A stretch of 64,000 bases of DNA. Origin: Candidatus Latescibacterota bacterium (GTDB lineage: Bacteria > Latescibacterota > UBA2968 > GCA-2709665). The notes beneath the pieces were generated by a model, which searched no databases, was not told the origin of the DNA, and saw nothing but the letters and a program-made list of their open reading frames with translations. A program made the translations under genes and the position numbers. The stretch is taken from contig OZ244937.1 of NCBI GenBank assembly GCA_965222075.1, positions 1,728,001-1,792,000 on the forward strand, in the 5' to 3' direction. This document shows, piece by piece, positions 40,751-50,612 of the stretch. The first letter of the stretch is position 1. Each line of letters opens with the position of its first letter.

Positions 40751-41536
40751 CTATTTCGCCACCCCGGCGTTTACGCCCAGCTCCCGGCGATACGCTTCCA
40801 GGGTCATCAGATCACCGGGAGCGACATTGCCCAGGTTGACCTGGAAACCGTAACGGTCAATCAGTTCACGCCTCATCCGATGGACGTCGTGCAGGTTCAC
40901 ACCGGCAATCCACGGACCGGGCAGTTCGAACATCACCCGCTCCAGTCCTACCGCCTCCACCACCTCCTCCACCTCTTTTGCCGTATCCGCATCCTCGCTG
41001 ACCAGTTCAGCGGCCTCCAAAAGGACGATACGGGAGCCGGCATCCAGGCAGGCCAGTGCATCGTCGACCATCCGGACCGCAGCTTGCAGCCCTTCTTTCT
41101 GCCCCACCTCTCCCATGACCGACAGACCGTACTCTTCCACAGCCTTCCGGATCATTCGCACCTTCCATTCAAGCGAAACCGATGCCAGGTTGTCGGAGAC
41201 CTCAACCCAACAGTACCCGGCCTGGACAGCCGCAGGAAAGTAGAGGTCTGATTTGCCATATACCTCGGCGTATTCCAGGTACTGTCCCCCGGGAAAAGCC
41301 TCGATCTCGTGCGCCTGATACTGCTTCAACTTGGCTGTTAGCAGGTCGTTGGAAAGCAACCGGGAAATCCCCACCGCAACCTTGGCAAAGTCAAAATAAG
41401 ACGCCGTGGTTGCAAGCAGGTCTTCCTGCGCGTTCAGGCCCAGTCCCCAGTCCACCACCATGGTCAGCCCCTCGTCCCTCGGCTTTCCCGGTCGATCCTT
41501 CCCGTCCAGTCCTTCAAAGAAGTGTGTGCCTTCCAA
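40751..41536 (-). CDS. comA: Phosphosulfolactate synthase (ComA family)
   Basis: RPGKPRDEGLTMVVDWG, FPGG...E, VEVSD, GEVGQK, FELP, VNLGNV, LEAYRRELG. Confidence 0.85.
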   Translation of the reverse strand: MEGTHFFEGLDGKDRPGKPRDEGLTMVVDWGLGLNAQEDLLATTASYFDFAKVAVGISRLLSNDLLTAKLKQYQAHEIEAFPGGQYLEYAEVYGKSDLYFPAAVQAGYCWVEVSDNLASVSLEWKVRMIRKAVEEYGLSVMGEVGQKEGLQAAVRMVDDALACLDAGSRIVLLEAAELVSEDADTAKEVEEVVEAVGLERVMFELPGPWIAGVNLHDVHRMRRELIDRYGFQVNLGNVAPGDLMTLEAYRRELGVNAGVAK

Positions 41537-41744
41537 TGCGTACCTCCATTTCCAATTAAAGTGACGCGTTCAAAGTTCAAGGTTCAGCCCAGGCACGGTT
41601 TTCGCTCGCGCTCGGGAACTCACCAGGAATTTTAAAACAGTTGTCATGCGCCCCTCTGGGGCACCCATTATGATGAAAATGGTTGCGCAACAGACTTGTG
41701 TGGTAACCGTACACGCCCGCGCACACATTTCGCCTCTGCGATCC

Positions 41745-41830
41745 GATCCCCCACCGCATCAGCCGTCCCGACTCATGCTCAGGCCCTCGCGCTTCTGCGA
41801 CTCCCCCTCAATCGGGGGGAGTAATGGAGG
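41745..41830. repeat. REP-like repeat, inverted relative to 38455
   Basis: CGACTCCCCCTCAATCGGGGGGAGTAATG. Confidence 0.6.
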
Positions 41831-41864
41831 GCCGCTTTGCATGGGTGTGAAGTCCCCCTGGCGT

Positions 41865-42075
41865 CGGATGTTCGGGCACAATTCCCATCCCGAGTTGGTC
41901 ACAAAAACAACCGTGACCGTTCGGCCGAAACGTCCAGGAGTTCGCCGCACCTCGCTTCGACCTCATCCTCGTGAACCTGACGTCCCTCCTGTTGGGCCTC
42001 GTACATCAGATTGTTGATCCACAGCGTGAGGCAGTCGACCAGGAGCACCTCTTTTTCGGCCTTTTTCCTGGGCGG
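41865..42075 (-). pseudogene. cobU: CobU/CobP (adenosylcobinamide kinase/guanylyltransferase) fragment
   Basis: VLLVDCLTLWINNLM, then frameshifted VVFVTN/LGMGIVPE. Confidence 0.75.
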
Positions 42076-42112
42076 GCAACGAACGTCAACTTGCCGCTTC
42101 ACCTCCTCCGCC

Positions 42113-42156
42113 TTTCTCCCCCTTTCCTCTCAGGAAAGGGGGCCGGGGGGATAGGT
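42113..42156. repeat. REP-like palindrome
   Basis: CCCCTTTCCTCTCAGGAAAGGGG followed by GCCGGGGGGATAGG. Confidence 0.55.
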
Positions 42157-42265
42157 CACTATACCGCAACACATCCACCGGGTTCGCCCGCTCCGAATGG
42201 ACCACTTAAACACAATAAACACAATAAATTACGTTACAATCTGAAAGGTTATTTTCTAAGCAGCC

Positions 42266-42880
42266 TTAAAACTCGATCCCCTCTCGTGCCGGCGTCCCCC
42301 TGGCGTAATAATGCTTCACCTTCCGCATCTCGGTCACCAGGTCCACGCGCGCCACCAGCGCGTCCCACACCTTGTGGCCCGACAGCACCAGCTCACACCG
42401 CCGCTTTGCATCATAGAGGTCCAGCAGCCGCATCACATCCTCCCGTGCCAGCAGGTCGTAGACCACGCCCGCCAGGATTTCATCCAGAACCAGCAGGTCC
42501 TGCTCCCCCTCCCGGATCAACCGCTCGGCGATCTCCAGCCCCCGCCTGGCCTCCTTCACATCCTCCTCCTCCGCCCCAAACCGGAACGACCCGTCGGGCA
42601 TCATCCGCTCACAGCCCGTCGGATAGAGGTCAATCCCGTCCAGTTTCCGGAGGACATGCCGCTCGGAATAGTGCTCGTGCACGCCGTCGTAGCCCTTATC
42701 GAACTGGACCAGGGCCACCTTGTGGCCAGCCCCCAGCGCACGCACGGCTAAGCCCACACAGCAGGTCGTTTTCCCCTTCCCATACCCATAGTAGGCGTGG
42801 ACCTGATGGACCTTTTCTCCACCCTTTGCAGGCGGAATCACGCGGGGGCCGGTCGCCCTCCTCGGTCGATCTTCTGTCAT
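42266..42880 (-). CDS. btuR: Cob(I)alamin adenosyltransferase (CobO/BtuR family)
   Basis: YYGYGKGKTT, VQFDKG, LVLDEI, DLVTEMRKVKHYY..G..AREGIEF. Confidence 0.9.
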   Translation of the reverse strand: MTEDRPRRATGPRVIPPAKGGEKVHQVHAYYGYGKGKTTCCVGLAVRALGAGHKVALVQFDKGYDGVHEHYSERHVLRKLDGIDLYPTGCERMMPDGSFRFGAEEEDVKEARRGLEIAERLIREGEQDLLVLDEILAGVVYDLLAREDVMRLLDLYDAKRRCELVLSGHKVWDALVARVDLVTEMRKVKHYYARGTPAREGIEF

Positions 42881-42937
42881 AGCCCCACCTCCAGTCGTTG
42901 CCTGCCTGCCGAGCCGAGCTCGGCGCAGGCAGGCGCA

Positions 42938-44218
42938 TCAGCCGCTGTGGCCGAAAAGCCTCGCAAATATAACAAAATCTCCGAAATTCACCCGTCCGTC
43001 GCCGTCCAGATCGAACTTCGGAGCCCAGTCAGGCGATTCCGGCCCGGTGCCGAAGGCCCGGGCAAACGCCGCAAAATCCCCGAAATCCACATCCCCATCT
43101 CCGTCGAAATCGGCGACCGTCGCATCCTCCAGGAAGGCGATAAAATTGGGCGGCAGCCCCGTTGAAATCGGCCCGGCTACCAGCGTATCGGCCGATGTGT
43201 CATAAACCCGGAGCCCCACCGTCTCCGGACTCTCGGGTCTACCCTGGTCCAAAACATAGAGCCGCCCCTTCAGTGCCCCAATCGCCGGTGTAAACCCGCC
43301 CGAAGTCCCCGGCAGCGGTGCCGACACCGATCCCGCCGCCAGGTTAAACCCCCTCACGCTGTTCACGAACGAGGCGTCGTCGGCCACCACCACATAGCCC
43401 CGGTCCTGCGACACCATCGCAAAGGCGCCAGCATCCCCACCCAGGTCAACTTCGCTCAGCAGAACCCCCTCCGATCGGTTGTTCTGAAGGTCCAGCACCT
43501 CGATGCCTCCATCCAGCGCGCCGCGCCTCCCCAAGCACGACAGATAGAGCTTTGCGCCCACCCGCACCTGTCCGCCGAAGGGGTTGCTGGCCTGAAGCAC
43601 AATCCCCTGAGTCCCGTCCCGCGTCGAATCCAGGTCGATCACGGTATCCGTATTCACATCCACGACCACCACCTCGCTTCGGTCGGTTGGCGGCCAAAAT
43701 GGCTCGTCCCGATCCAGCCGCTGGCAGGTCACGTAGAGGCGCCCGTCGAAAATCGTCAGGAATGTTGCCTCGGGCAACCCGTCCGCGTCGGCCACAAAAG
43801 AAAGGTCAACACCCCCCAGCGAATCCCCCGTCGCCGGGTTCACCACCAGCACCCGTTCCGATTTCAACCGCGACACATAGGCCTTCGTCTCACTTGCAAA
43901 AGCGATATGCTGAGGGTTGGAACCGTTTCCCACGGAAAACTGGAGCACCGGTGTGGTCAGATCGTCCGGATCGAGCACCAGGATATTATCCTGTCCCAGA
44001 CGATTGACCACATAAATCTTACCTCGATAGGTTTGAACCGATGCATCGCTGTGGATATTGAGCAGGTTTACCGTCGCCTGGTGGGTCTCCAGGTTCACGA
44101 CTGCAAAACTCCCGCTGCTGAAATCCGTCGTCGTCAAGATGGCTCGATCCCCTGCCCATGCACCCACAGCATTCAATCCCATCACGACAAAACCGATAAA
44201 CAGCCCCCAAAACTTCAT
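42938..44218 (-). CDS. Secreted beta-propeller (YncE/BtuG-like) protein with C-terminal dockerin/EF-hand-like repeats
   Basis: Signal peptide, SNPQHIAF..KAYVS repeats, ADFDGDGDVDFGDF and DLDGDGRVNFGDF; in B12-riboswitch operon. Confidence 0.7.
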   Translation of the reverse strand: MKFWGLFIGFVVMGLNAVGAWAGDRAILTTTDFSSGSFAVVNLETHQATVNLLNIHSDASVQTYRGKIYVVNRLGQDNILVLDPDDLTTPVLQFSVGNGSNPQHIAFASETKAYVSRLKSERVLVVNPATGDSLGGVDLSFVADADGLPEATFLTIFDGRLYVTCQRLDRDEPFWPPTDRSEVVVVDVNTDTVIDLDSTRDGTQGIVLQASNPFGGQVRVGAKLYLSCLGRRGALDGGIEVLDLQNNRSEGVLLSEVDLGGDAGAFAMVSQDRGYVVVADDASFVNSVRGFNLAAGSVSAPLPGTSGGFTPAIGALKGRLYVLDQGRPESPETVGLRVYDTSADTLVAGPISTGLPPNFIAFLEDATVADFDGDGDVDFGDFAAFARAFGTGPESPDWAPKFDLDGDGRVNFGDFVIFARLFGHSG

Positions 44219-44256
44219 ATCTTCCCTCCACAATAACTGTTGATGGGTCAACTCGT

Positions 44257-46479
44257 CTAAAAACTCTCCCGCACCGTCACAAAAAACGACCGCCCCGGAA
44301 GGGGATATCCCCACAGGTCGGCTACCTGATTGTCCAGCAGGTTCTTCGCCTCAAGCGTCACCTCCACGTGCCGGTACAGCATATACCGCATCCCAACATG
44401 GTGAATGTGTCGCGCCCGCACCGGGCGCAGATTGGCCCGATCCAGAAAATTGCCGTCCTGGAATATATAGTCGTAAAACCCCCTCCAGCGCCCCAGGGTC
44501 AGGCCCGTATGCGCATGGGCCTCATGCTGGGGACGATTGGGCAGCACCCTGCCCCTGCGGTGGGGCACCCGCGACGCATCGACTGCCCGTTGATAGGTAT
44601 AATTTCCCGACAGCATCCACCGGCCGAACGGCCTCCCCCTCAGCATAGCCTCCATCCCCCGCACACGCGCCTTCCCGATATTCCGAGCCCGGCCCATCCC
44701 CTGGGAAAACTGGACAACCTGGATCAGATCGGTATAACGGTGATCAAAATAGGCCGCTTCCAGAACCGCGCCTCTCCCCTCCAATTGGGCATGGAAGCCC
44801 ACATCCCAGGTCAGCCCCCGCTCCGGCTTCAGCCCCGTATTTCCGATCACCCCGCCCCGATCGCCGAAAAACTCATAAAAGCTCGGCGCCCGGTGGCTCC
44901 GCCCCACATTCGCCTTCAGCCAGAACCCGGGCCTCAGGTCAAAGCGCCCGCCCGCCCGAACGCTCACCAGCGTCTGCCCTGTCGTGGAATCGGGAGCCAG
45001 AGGTGAAAACCGATAGGGGTTTTCCTCAAACACGCGGCTGTCCTGGTACTCCACGCGTGCAGATGCCGAAAATACCCCCCGGCGCTTCGGGAGCGCCCAG
45101 TCCGTCCCGACCTGTCCGGAGGCCGTCCACCGGCTGCTCTCAAAAAGCCGATCGGCCCGGTTCAGCCGTTCCTCGGGCAGGAAGGCCTCTCGCCGGACCG
45201 AAACGCCCAGCGCTGCCGCATGCTGTTTCCCGAAAACGGTCCGGACCTTGCCGCGCCAGCCATAGCTCCTTGTGCGGTAGCGGTTGTCCTGCCGGCCCAC
45301 GCCCACCTCGCCGAACCGGTCTACAAACCCCTCACGCCTGTGGCTGAAAAAGAGCGTCTGCCGCACCGAAAAACGGTCCAGCCAGTCCGGGATCAGAACG
45401 CCGAGCTTCGTCAGGCTCCGAAAGGTGTTCATCCGGGCGTGCTTCGACTGGTTGTTGCTGATGCCCGGAATGCCCTGGCGCTTCCAGTAGAGGTTCTCCT
45501 GCACGTAGAGCCGGCGGTGGCCGTTGAACCGATAGCTCCACTTCCCCAGCAGGTCCGACGAGAAAAAGTCGCTGTTCCGGCGGCTGGTCAGGACATCATC
45601 GGCCAGATTGTATTCGGTTCCATTATCGTCCAGAAAGCGGAAATCATTGTCGCTTGACGTGTAGTCGGCCACCACCAAATAGGTGGTCTTCCGCCGCTTC
45701 TCAGATACCATCGCATTGAGACTCCGGGTATCGAACGAGCCCCAGGACCCGCTTCCCCCCTGTTTCCATCCCTTGCCGGGCGTCCGGGTCCGAATATGCA
45801 CGGTTCCCCCCATCCCCCCATCTCCCACAGCCGCACCCCGATAAACCTCAATGTGCGACACATGCGCCAGGGACAAATTGCTCAGATTCACCCCACCCCC
45901 AAGCGCCGAATTGAGCAGGATGCCGTCTAAGTAAACCTCCACCTGTTCCGCAGAGGACCCCCGGATGGAAATCGCGCCGAAACTCCCCAGCCCTCCCAGG
46001 CGCACCACCTGCACACCGATTGATGTCGAAAGCACCTCCCGCACCGACGTCGCCTGTCCTTCAAAGGCCTCGCCGCGCTTCAGCACCGTCACAAACACGG
46101 GCATCCGATGAATTTCCGCTGCGCCCACCGGTTCGGCCGCCACTTCCATCTCACCCAGCGCGATCACCCTGGGCATCAGAACCAGCCGCACCTCAACACG
46201 TCCTGTCTCCGAAACACCCACCTCCCGCTGCACCCCATCCCAAAAGCCCACGTGCGATGCTCGCACCACATAAACGCCCGGAGGCACCTGACGAATCTCA
46301 AACCTGCCCTGAGTGTCGCTCTCATCCCCAAGGCCGGGTCCCACCCCCACAGAAGCCCCCTCCAGAGGCGCGCCTGTCCGGGCATCCTCCACGATCCCGA
46401 CGATGGTCCCGGCATCGACACCAGAGGCACATCCTGCCAGCGTGAAAACGGTGAGAAACTGACAAACCAATCGTCTCAT
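44257..46479 (-). CDS. TonB-dependent receptor, probable cobalamin transporter
   Basis: ISIRGS..QV.VYLDG, IEVYRG plug motifs, KNLLD..YPLPGRSF..F C-terminus; downstream of a cobalamin riboswitch. Confidence 0.88.
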   Translation of the reverse strand: MRRLVCQFLTVFTLAGCASGVDAGTIVGIVEDARTGAPLEGASVGVGPGLGDESDTQGRFEIRQVPPGVYVVRASHVGFWDGVQREVGVSETGRVEVRLVLMPRVIALGEMEVAAEPVGAAEIHRMPVFVTVLKRGEAFEGQATSVREVLSTSIGVQVVRLGGLGSFGAISIRGSSAEQVEVYLDGILLNSALGGGVNLSNLSLAHVSHIEVYRGAAVGDGGMGGTVHIRTRTPGKGWKQGGSGSWGSFDTRSLNAMVSEKRRKTTYLVVADYTSSDNDFRFLDDNGTEYNLADDVLTSRRNSDFFSSDLLGKWSYRFNGHRRLYVQENLYWKRQGIPGISNNQSKHARMNTFRSLTKLGVLIPDWLDRFSVRQTLFFSHRREGFVDRFGEVGVGRQDNRYRTRSYGWRGKVRTVFGKQHAAALGVSVRREAFLPEERLNRADRLFESSRWTASGQVGTDWALPKRRGVFSASARVEYQDSRVFEENPYRFSPLAPDSTTGQTLVSVRAGGRFDLRPGFWLKANVGRSHRAPSFYEFFGDRGGVIGNTGLKPERGLTWDVGFHAQLEGRGAVLEAAYFDHRYTDLIQVVQFSQGMGRARNIGKARVRGMEAMLRGRPFGRWMLSGNYTYQRAVDASRVPHRRGRVLPNRPQHEAHAHTGLTLGRWRGFYDYIFQDGNFLDRANLRPVRARHIHHVGMRYMLYRHVEVTLEAKNLLDNQVADLWGYPLPGRSFFVTVRESF

Positions 46480-46539
46480 GAAATCTCCATCCCAACCCGC
46501 ATCACGAAACCCCGGAAGTCCATTACAATTCTCCCACAA

Positions 46540-46576
46540 ACAAAAATCCCCAGCCTCGCAACCGAGGCCGGGGATA
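46540..46576 (-). terminator. Riboswitch-associated intrinsic terminator
   Basis: Minus strand TCCCGGCCTCGGTTGCGAGGCTGGGGA-TTTTTG. Confidence 0.65.
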
Positions 46577-46643
46577 CAGGTAGGACACACATCACCACCT
46601 TGGCTTCCCGGTCCACGAGGAAGATCAACAAAGGTACTCAAGC

Positions 46644-46815
46644 TCAGGCAGGTCTTCTGGCTTCCGGATCATCTGCCTTCTCACACCTTCCCAGCCGGTC
46701 ATTTCGGCCAGTGGTCTGTTGTGGAAGGCATCCCCGGTCACAGCGGCGGGCCCGCGACGGAATTTCACCGTCTTCCCTCTTCGGCCCCCAAAGGGGGACA
46801 ACCTGAACTACCGAA
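46644..46815 (-). ncRNA. Cobalamin riboswitch
   Basis: Minus strand AGGGAAGACGGTGAAATTCCG...CCGCCGCTGTGA...CCACTGG...GGGAAGG...AGCCAGAAGACCTGCC (B12 box). Confidence 0.95.
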
Positions 46816-46997
46816 TGGCAATATCAAAGATCGAACGTGTTCAAATATACGGCCCAGGAGACCGATCGTCAAGAGCAAAATGCCGCTTCTCTCTCCCTTG
46901 CCTCTGGGGTTCAAAAAAAGGTGGCGTCTCAACATCTGTTGTTTTATCTTCTCACCACGCATATATCAATAAAAGACAAGACCTTCTCGACAACGCC

Positions 46998-47912
46998 ATG
47001 ACCCAGACGCTCGCGCCGGCCATCCCCGTCTCGCTCGGGGATGCCTTCGCCTACTGCGAGGCCCTCACAAAGGCCCACTACGAAAACTTTCCCGTCGGCT
47101 CCCGCCTGGTCCCCAAAGCCCTCCGCCCGCACGTTTGCAGCATCTACGCCTTTGCTCGAACCGCCGACGACTTTGCCGACGAACCCGGTCTGGAAACAGA
47201 CGAACGCCTCCAGCGGCTCGACGAATGGGGAGAACGCCTCCAGACCTGTCTCAATACCCCCCAAGGTCCCATTTTTACCGCCCTGGCCGAAACCATTCGC
47301 TGCCACCAGGTCCCCCACGACCTCCTGCACGACCTCCTGCGGGCCTTCCGGATGGACGTGACCACCCCACGCCACCGCACCTTCGACGACCTCCTGGCCT
47401 ACTGCCGCTATTCGGCCATGCCCGTCGGCCGCCTCATCCTCCACCTCTTCGGCTACCACAACACACAGCGGCACCGTCTGTCCGACGCCATCTGCACCGC
47501 CCTGCAGCTGGCCAACTTCTGGCAGGACATCGCCGTCGACTTCTCCCGCGGCCGCATCTACCTCCCACAGAAGGACATGAAACAGTTCGGCGTCACCGAA
47601 GACGACCTGGCAAACCAGCGGGTCACGCAACCCTTCCGCTCGCTGCTGAACCACGAAATCGACCGCACCCGGGCCATCTTTCAGCAGGGCCGCCCGCTCC
47701 CCGACCAGGTCAGCGGCCGACTGAAATTCGAACTGCGGCTCACCTACCTGGGGGGCATGGAAATACTCAACAAAATCCGGCGTAACGGATACGACATCTA
47801 CCAAAAACGCCCGCAGATCACCGGCCGAGACAGCGTACGCCTGCTGTTCCACACGTTCTTTTTCTGGAAAAACACCGGGCGACCGGCCGGTCGCCCCTGC
47901 ACCGATCCCTGA
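46998..47912 (+). CDS. hpnC: Squalene synthase HpnC
   Basis: HYENFPVGS, YAFARTADDFADE, ALQLANFWQD. Confidence 0.93.
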   Translation: MTQTLAPAIPVSLGDAFAYCEALTKAHYENFPVGSRLVPKALRPHVCSIYAFARTADDFADEPGLETDERLQRLDEWGERLQTCLNTPQGPIFTALAETIRCHQVPHDLLHDLLRAFRMDVTTPRHRTFDDLLAYCRYSAMPVGRLILHLFGYHNTQRHRLSDAICTALQLANFWQDIAVDFSRGRIYLPQKDMKQFGVTEDDLANQRVTQPFRSLLNHEIDRTRAIFQQGRPLPDQVSGRLKFELRLTYLGGMEILNKIRRNGYDIYQKRPQITGRDSVRLLFHTFFFWKNTGRPAGRPCTDP

Positions 47913-47923
47913 CCCCTGCTTCT

Positions 47924-48778
47924 ATGAACCTGAATTCCCACATCGCCGCCCTCGTCCGGAAGGCCCGCACCAATTTCTACTACGCCTTCGTCTTCCTGCC
48001 CAAACCCAAGCGGGAGGCCATCTTTGCCGCCTATGCCTTCAGCCGGCATGCGGACGACCTGGTAGACGATGCCGACTCTCCGGAAGCCGCCGCGCAAAAC
48101 CTCGCGGCCTGGCGGGACGAACTCCACGCCTGTTACAACGGCCACCCAACCCAGCCCATCACTCGCAACCTGCAGCAAACCCTCCAGCGCTTCCCCATCC
48201 CCAAAGCGCACTTCCTCCACCTCATCGACGGCGTGGAAATGGACCTCCGCAAACGTCGGTACGCCACCTTCGAAGACCTCTATGCCTACTGCTACAGGGT
48301 CGCCTCCGTCATCGGTTTAATCTGCATCGAAATCTTCGGCTACCGCAATCCCGCCACCCGGGATTACGCGGTCAACCTGGGCGTCGCCCTCCAGCTTACC
48401 AACATCCTCCGGGACATCGGGCCCGATGCCCTGCAGAACCGCATCTACCTGCCCGCCGAAGACCTCCATCGCTTTGGGTACTCCCAGGAGGACCTCCTTG
48501 CCTGCACCTACAACCCGGCCTTTACCGACCTGATGGCCTTTCAGTGCAAACGCGCCTGGGACTATTACGCGCAAGCCCGGAGCTATCTCACCCAAGAAGA
48601 CCGCCCGGGCCTCTTCTCCGCCGAAATTATGGGCCGCATCTACGCCAGCCTTCTCCGCCGAATCGAAACCGTTGGGTATAACGTATTCGATCACCCCATC
48701 CGCTTGAGCAACTTGAGGAAACTCGGCATCGCGCTCACCATCTGGCTCCAAAGCCTCCCCCACCGGTCCGCACCATGA
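47924..48778 (+). CDS. hpnD: Presqualene diphosphate synthase HpnD
   Basis: NFYYAF, DDLVD, YCYRVAS, ALQLTNILRD. Confidence 0.92.
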   Translation: MNLNSHIAALVRKARTNFYYAFVFLPKPKREAIFAAYAFSRHADDLVDDADSPEAAAQNLAAWRDELHACYNGHPTQPITRNLQQTLQRFPIPKAHFLHLIDGVEMDLRKRRYATFEDLYAYCYRVASVIGLICIEIFGYRNPATRDYAVNLGVALQLTNILRDIGPDALQNRIYLPAEDLHRFGYSQEDLLACTYNPAFTDLMAFQCKRAWDYYAQARSYLTQEDRPGLFSAEIMGRIYASLLRRIETVGYNVFDHPIRLSNLRKLGIALTIWLQSLPHRSAP

Positions 48779-50100
48779 GCCGCGTAGCCATCATCGGAGG
48801 CGGCTTTGCCGGGCTCTCTGCCGCGGTGGCCCTCTCTGCGCAGAACGTCAACGTTTTCCTCATTGAACGGCGCAGACACCTGGGGGGCCGGGCTTACTCC
48901 TTTACGGACCAAACCACAGGAGACACCGTAGACAACGGCCAGCACCTCCTGATGAAGTGCTTCCGCCACACCCGGGATTTTCTGACCCGGGTCGGCACGG
49001 CCGACCACCTCCACTTTCAGGACCATTTCCGGATCGACTTTCGCCATCCCCGCGCAGGACAGGCGACCCTCTCCTTTTCCCGCCTGCTTCCTCCCCCGCT
49101 CCATTTGCTCGTCGGGTTCCTCCGATTTGGCCAGATCGGATTCGGAGATGCCCTCCGGCTCGGCCGCATCGCCAATGCCATGAAATCTCTGCAGGAGACC
49201 GACCTGACGGTAAATGCCTGGCTCAATCGATGTGGGCAGTCCCCCCGCATCCGCCAATCGTTTTGGGACCCCCTCTGCACCTCCGCCCTGAACCAATCCC
49301 CTGCCTCGGCCCCCGCCAGCCACCTGATGGCGGTCCTGCACGAAGCCTTCTTCAGCGGTCCGGAAGGCAGTTGCCTCGGCTATGCCAATGTGGGCCTCAG
49401 CGCCCTTTATACCCACGCAGCTCACCGCACCATCGAAGACCGGGGAGGCAGTGTGCGCCTCCGGGCGGCCGCCATCGCCGTGAAAGGCACGCCAGGCGGC
49501 ATCTCAATCCAGCTCCAGTCGGGCGAATGCCTCACTGCGGACGCCTGCATCTGTGCTGTCCCTCCACCCGCCCTCGCGCGGGTCCTCCCCGATGCCCTCG
49601 CCCATCTCAGAAACGACCTCGCGGCATTCCGTCCCTCCCCCATCCTCTCCGTCAATCTCTGGTTCGACCGCCCCGTCATCGAGGCCAAATTCATCGGCAT
49701 GCTGGGAACGCGCCTGGACTGGATCTTCAACAAACCGGCCCTCTACGAAAACCGCGACCGCGCCTCCGCAGGTCACATCGCCTTAGTCGCCAGCGCCGCC
49801 GACACCCTCGTCGGTCGCTCCGACGATGAGCTTGTCGCCATCGCTTTGGAAGACCTCCGCGCACTTGTGCCCAGCGCCGAAAGGGCCCGTCTCCAGCACC
49901 ACCGCGTCGTCCGGGAGCGCCACGCCACCTTTGCCCTCCCCCCCGGCCACCCCCATCCTTCTACCCGCACCGACCTGCCGGTCCTCTTCCTGGCCGGTGA
50001 CTGGACCGACACCGGCCTTCCTGCCACCATCGAAAGCGCCGTGACCAGCGGCTACCGCGCAGCCGAAGGTGTCCTCCAATTTCTGAAGGTCAACCCCTGA
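48775..50100 (+). CDS. hpnE: Hydroxysqualene dehydroxylase HpnE
   Basis: GGGFAGLSAA, GGRAYSF, VDNGQH, AGDWTDTGLPATIESAV.SG. Confidence 0.92.
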   Translation: MSRVAIIGGGFAGLSAAVALSAQNVNVFLIERRRHLGGRAYSFTDQTTGDTVDNGQHLLMKCFRHTRDFLTRVGTADHLHFQDHFRIDFRHPRAGQATLSFSRLLPPPLHLLVGFLRFGQIGFGDALRLGRIANAMKSLQETDLTVNAWLNRCGQSPRIRQSFWDPLCTSALNQSPASAPASHLMAVLHEAFFSGPEGSCLGYANVGLSALYTHAAHRTIEDRGGSVRLRAAAIAVKGTPGGISIQLQSGECLTADACICAVPPPALARVLPDALAHLRNDLAAFRPSPILSVNLWFDRPVIEAKFIGMLGTRLDWIFNKPALYENRDRASAGHIALVASAADTLVGRSDDELVAIALEDLRALVPSAERARLQHHRVVRERHATFALPPGHPHPSTRTDLPVLFLAGDWTDTGLPATIESAVTSGYRAAEGVLQFLKVNP

Positions 50101-50134
50101 AAAAAAAGGGGCACAGCCGCCTGCTGTGCCCCTC
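50101..50134 (-). terminator. Intrinsic terminator
   Basis: GGGGCACAGC/GCTGTGCCCC stem with poly-T on the minus strand, between convergent genes. Confidence 0.75.
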
Positions 50135-50161
50135 AACAAAACTGCCAGAACGCCTTTTCGG

Positions 50162-50551
50162 CTACCCCACCCGAAAGTTGGCCATCCCCTCATCGATAAA
50201 TGTCCGCGTCTCCAAGTCCAGGGCCGTAATCCGGGCGATATAAAGCTTCCCCTCGTTGTCCTCTTCAACCAGCGGCAGCCCGTCGATCTGATAGAAGTCC
50301 GCCCCGTCCGTGGCCTGAGCCTGCAGCTCCGGCCCGCCGCCCTTCTGCGCGCTGAACCGGTCGAAAAAATCGTCCGGCGCGATCGCGTACAGGTTGGCGC
50401 CCGTGCCCACCCATTCCTTCGTCTCCGGGTGTTCCTCAAACCCCGTCCCATCCAGAAATGCACGGTGCTCCGCCACCTCCCCTATCACCACCACCACATC
50501 CTCCCGTTCCAGGATGAAACTCTTGTATTTCCCAATCTCCTGTTTGATCAT
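50162..50551 (-). CDS. Hypothetical protein
   Basis: 129 aa acidic ORF with GGGAG RBS, downstream of thrC and upstream of a terminator. Confidence 0.65.
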   Translation of the reverse strand: MIKQEIGKYKSFILEREDVVVVIGEVAEHRAFLDGTGFEEHPETKEWVGTGANLYAIAPDDFFDRFSAQKGGGPELQAQATDGADFYQIDGLPLVEEDNEGKLYIARITALDLETRTFIDEGMANFRVG

Positions 50552-50612
50552 TGCCGCATCACTCCCGTTTGAAATACCCCCAGGTCCTGCACGCCGCCTC
50601 CATCCCGCACGG

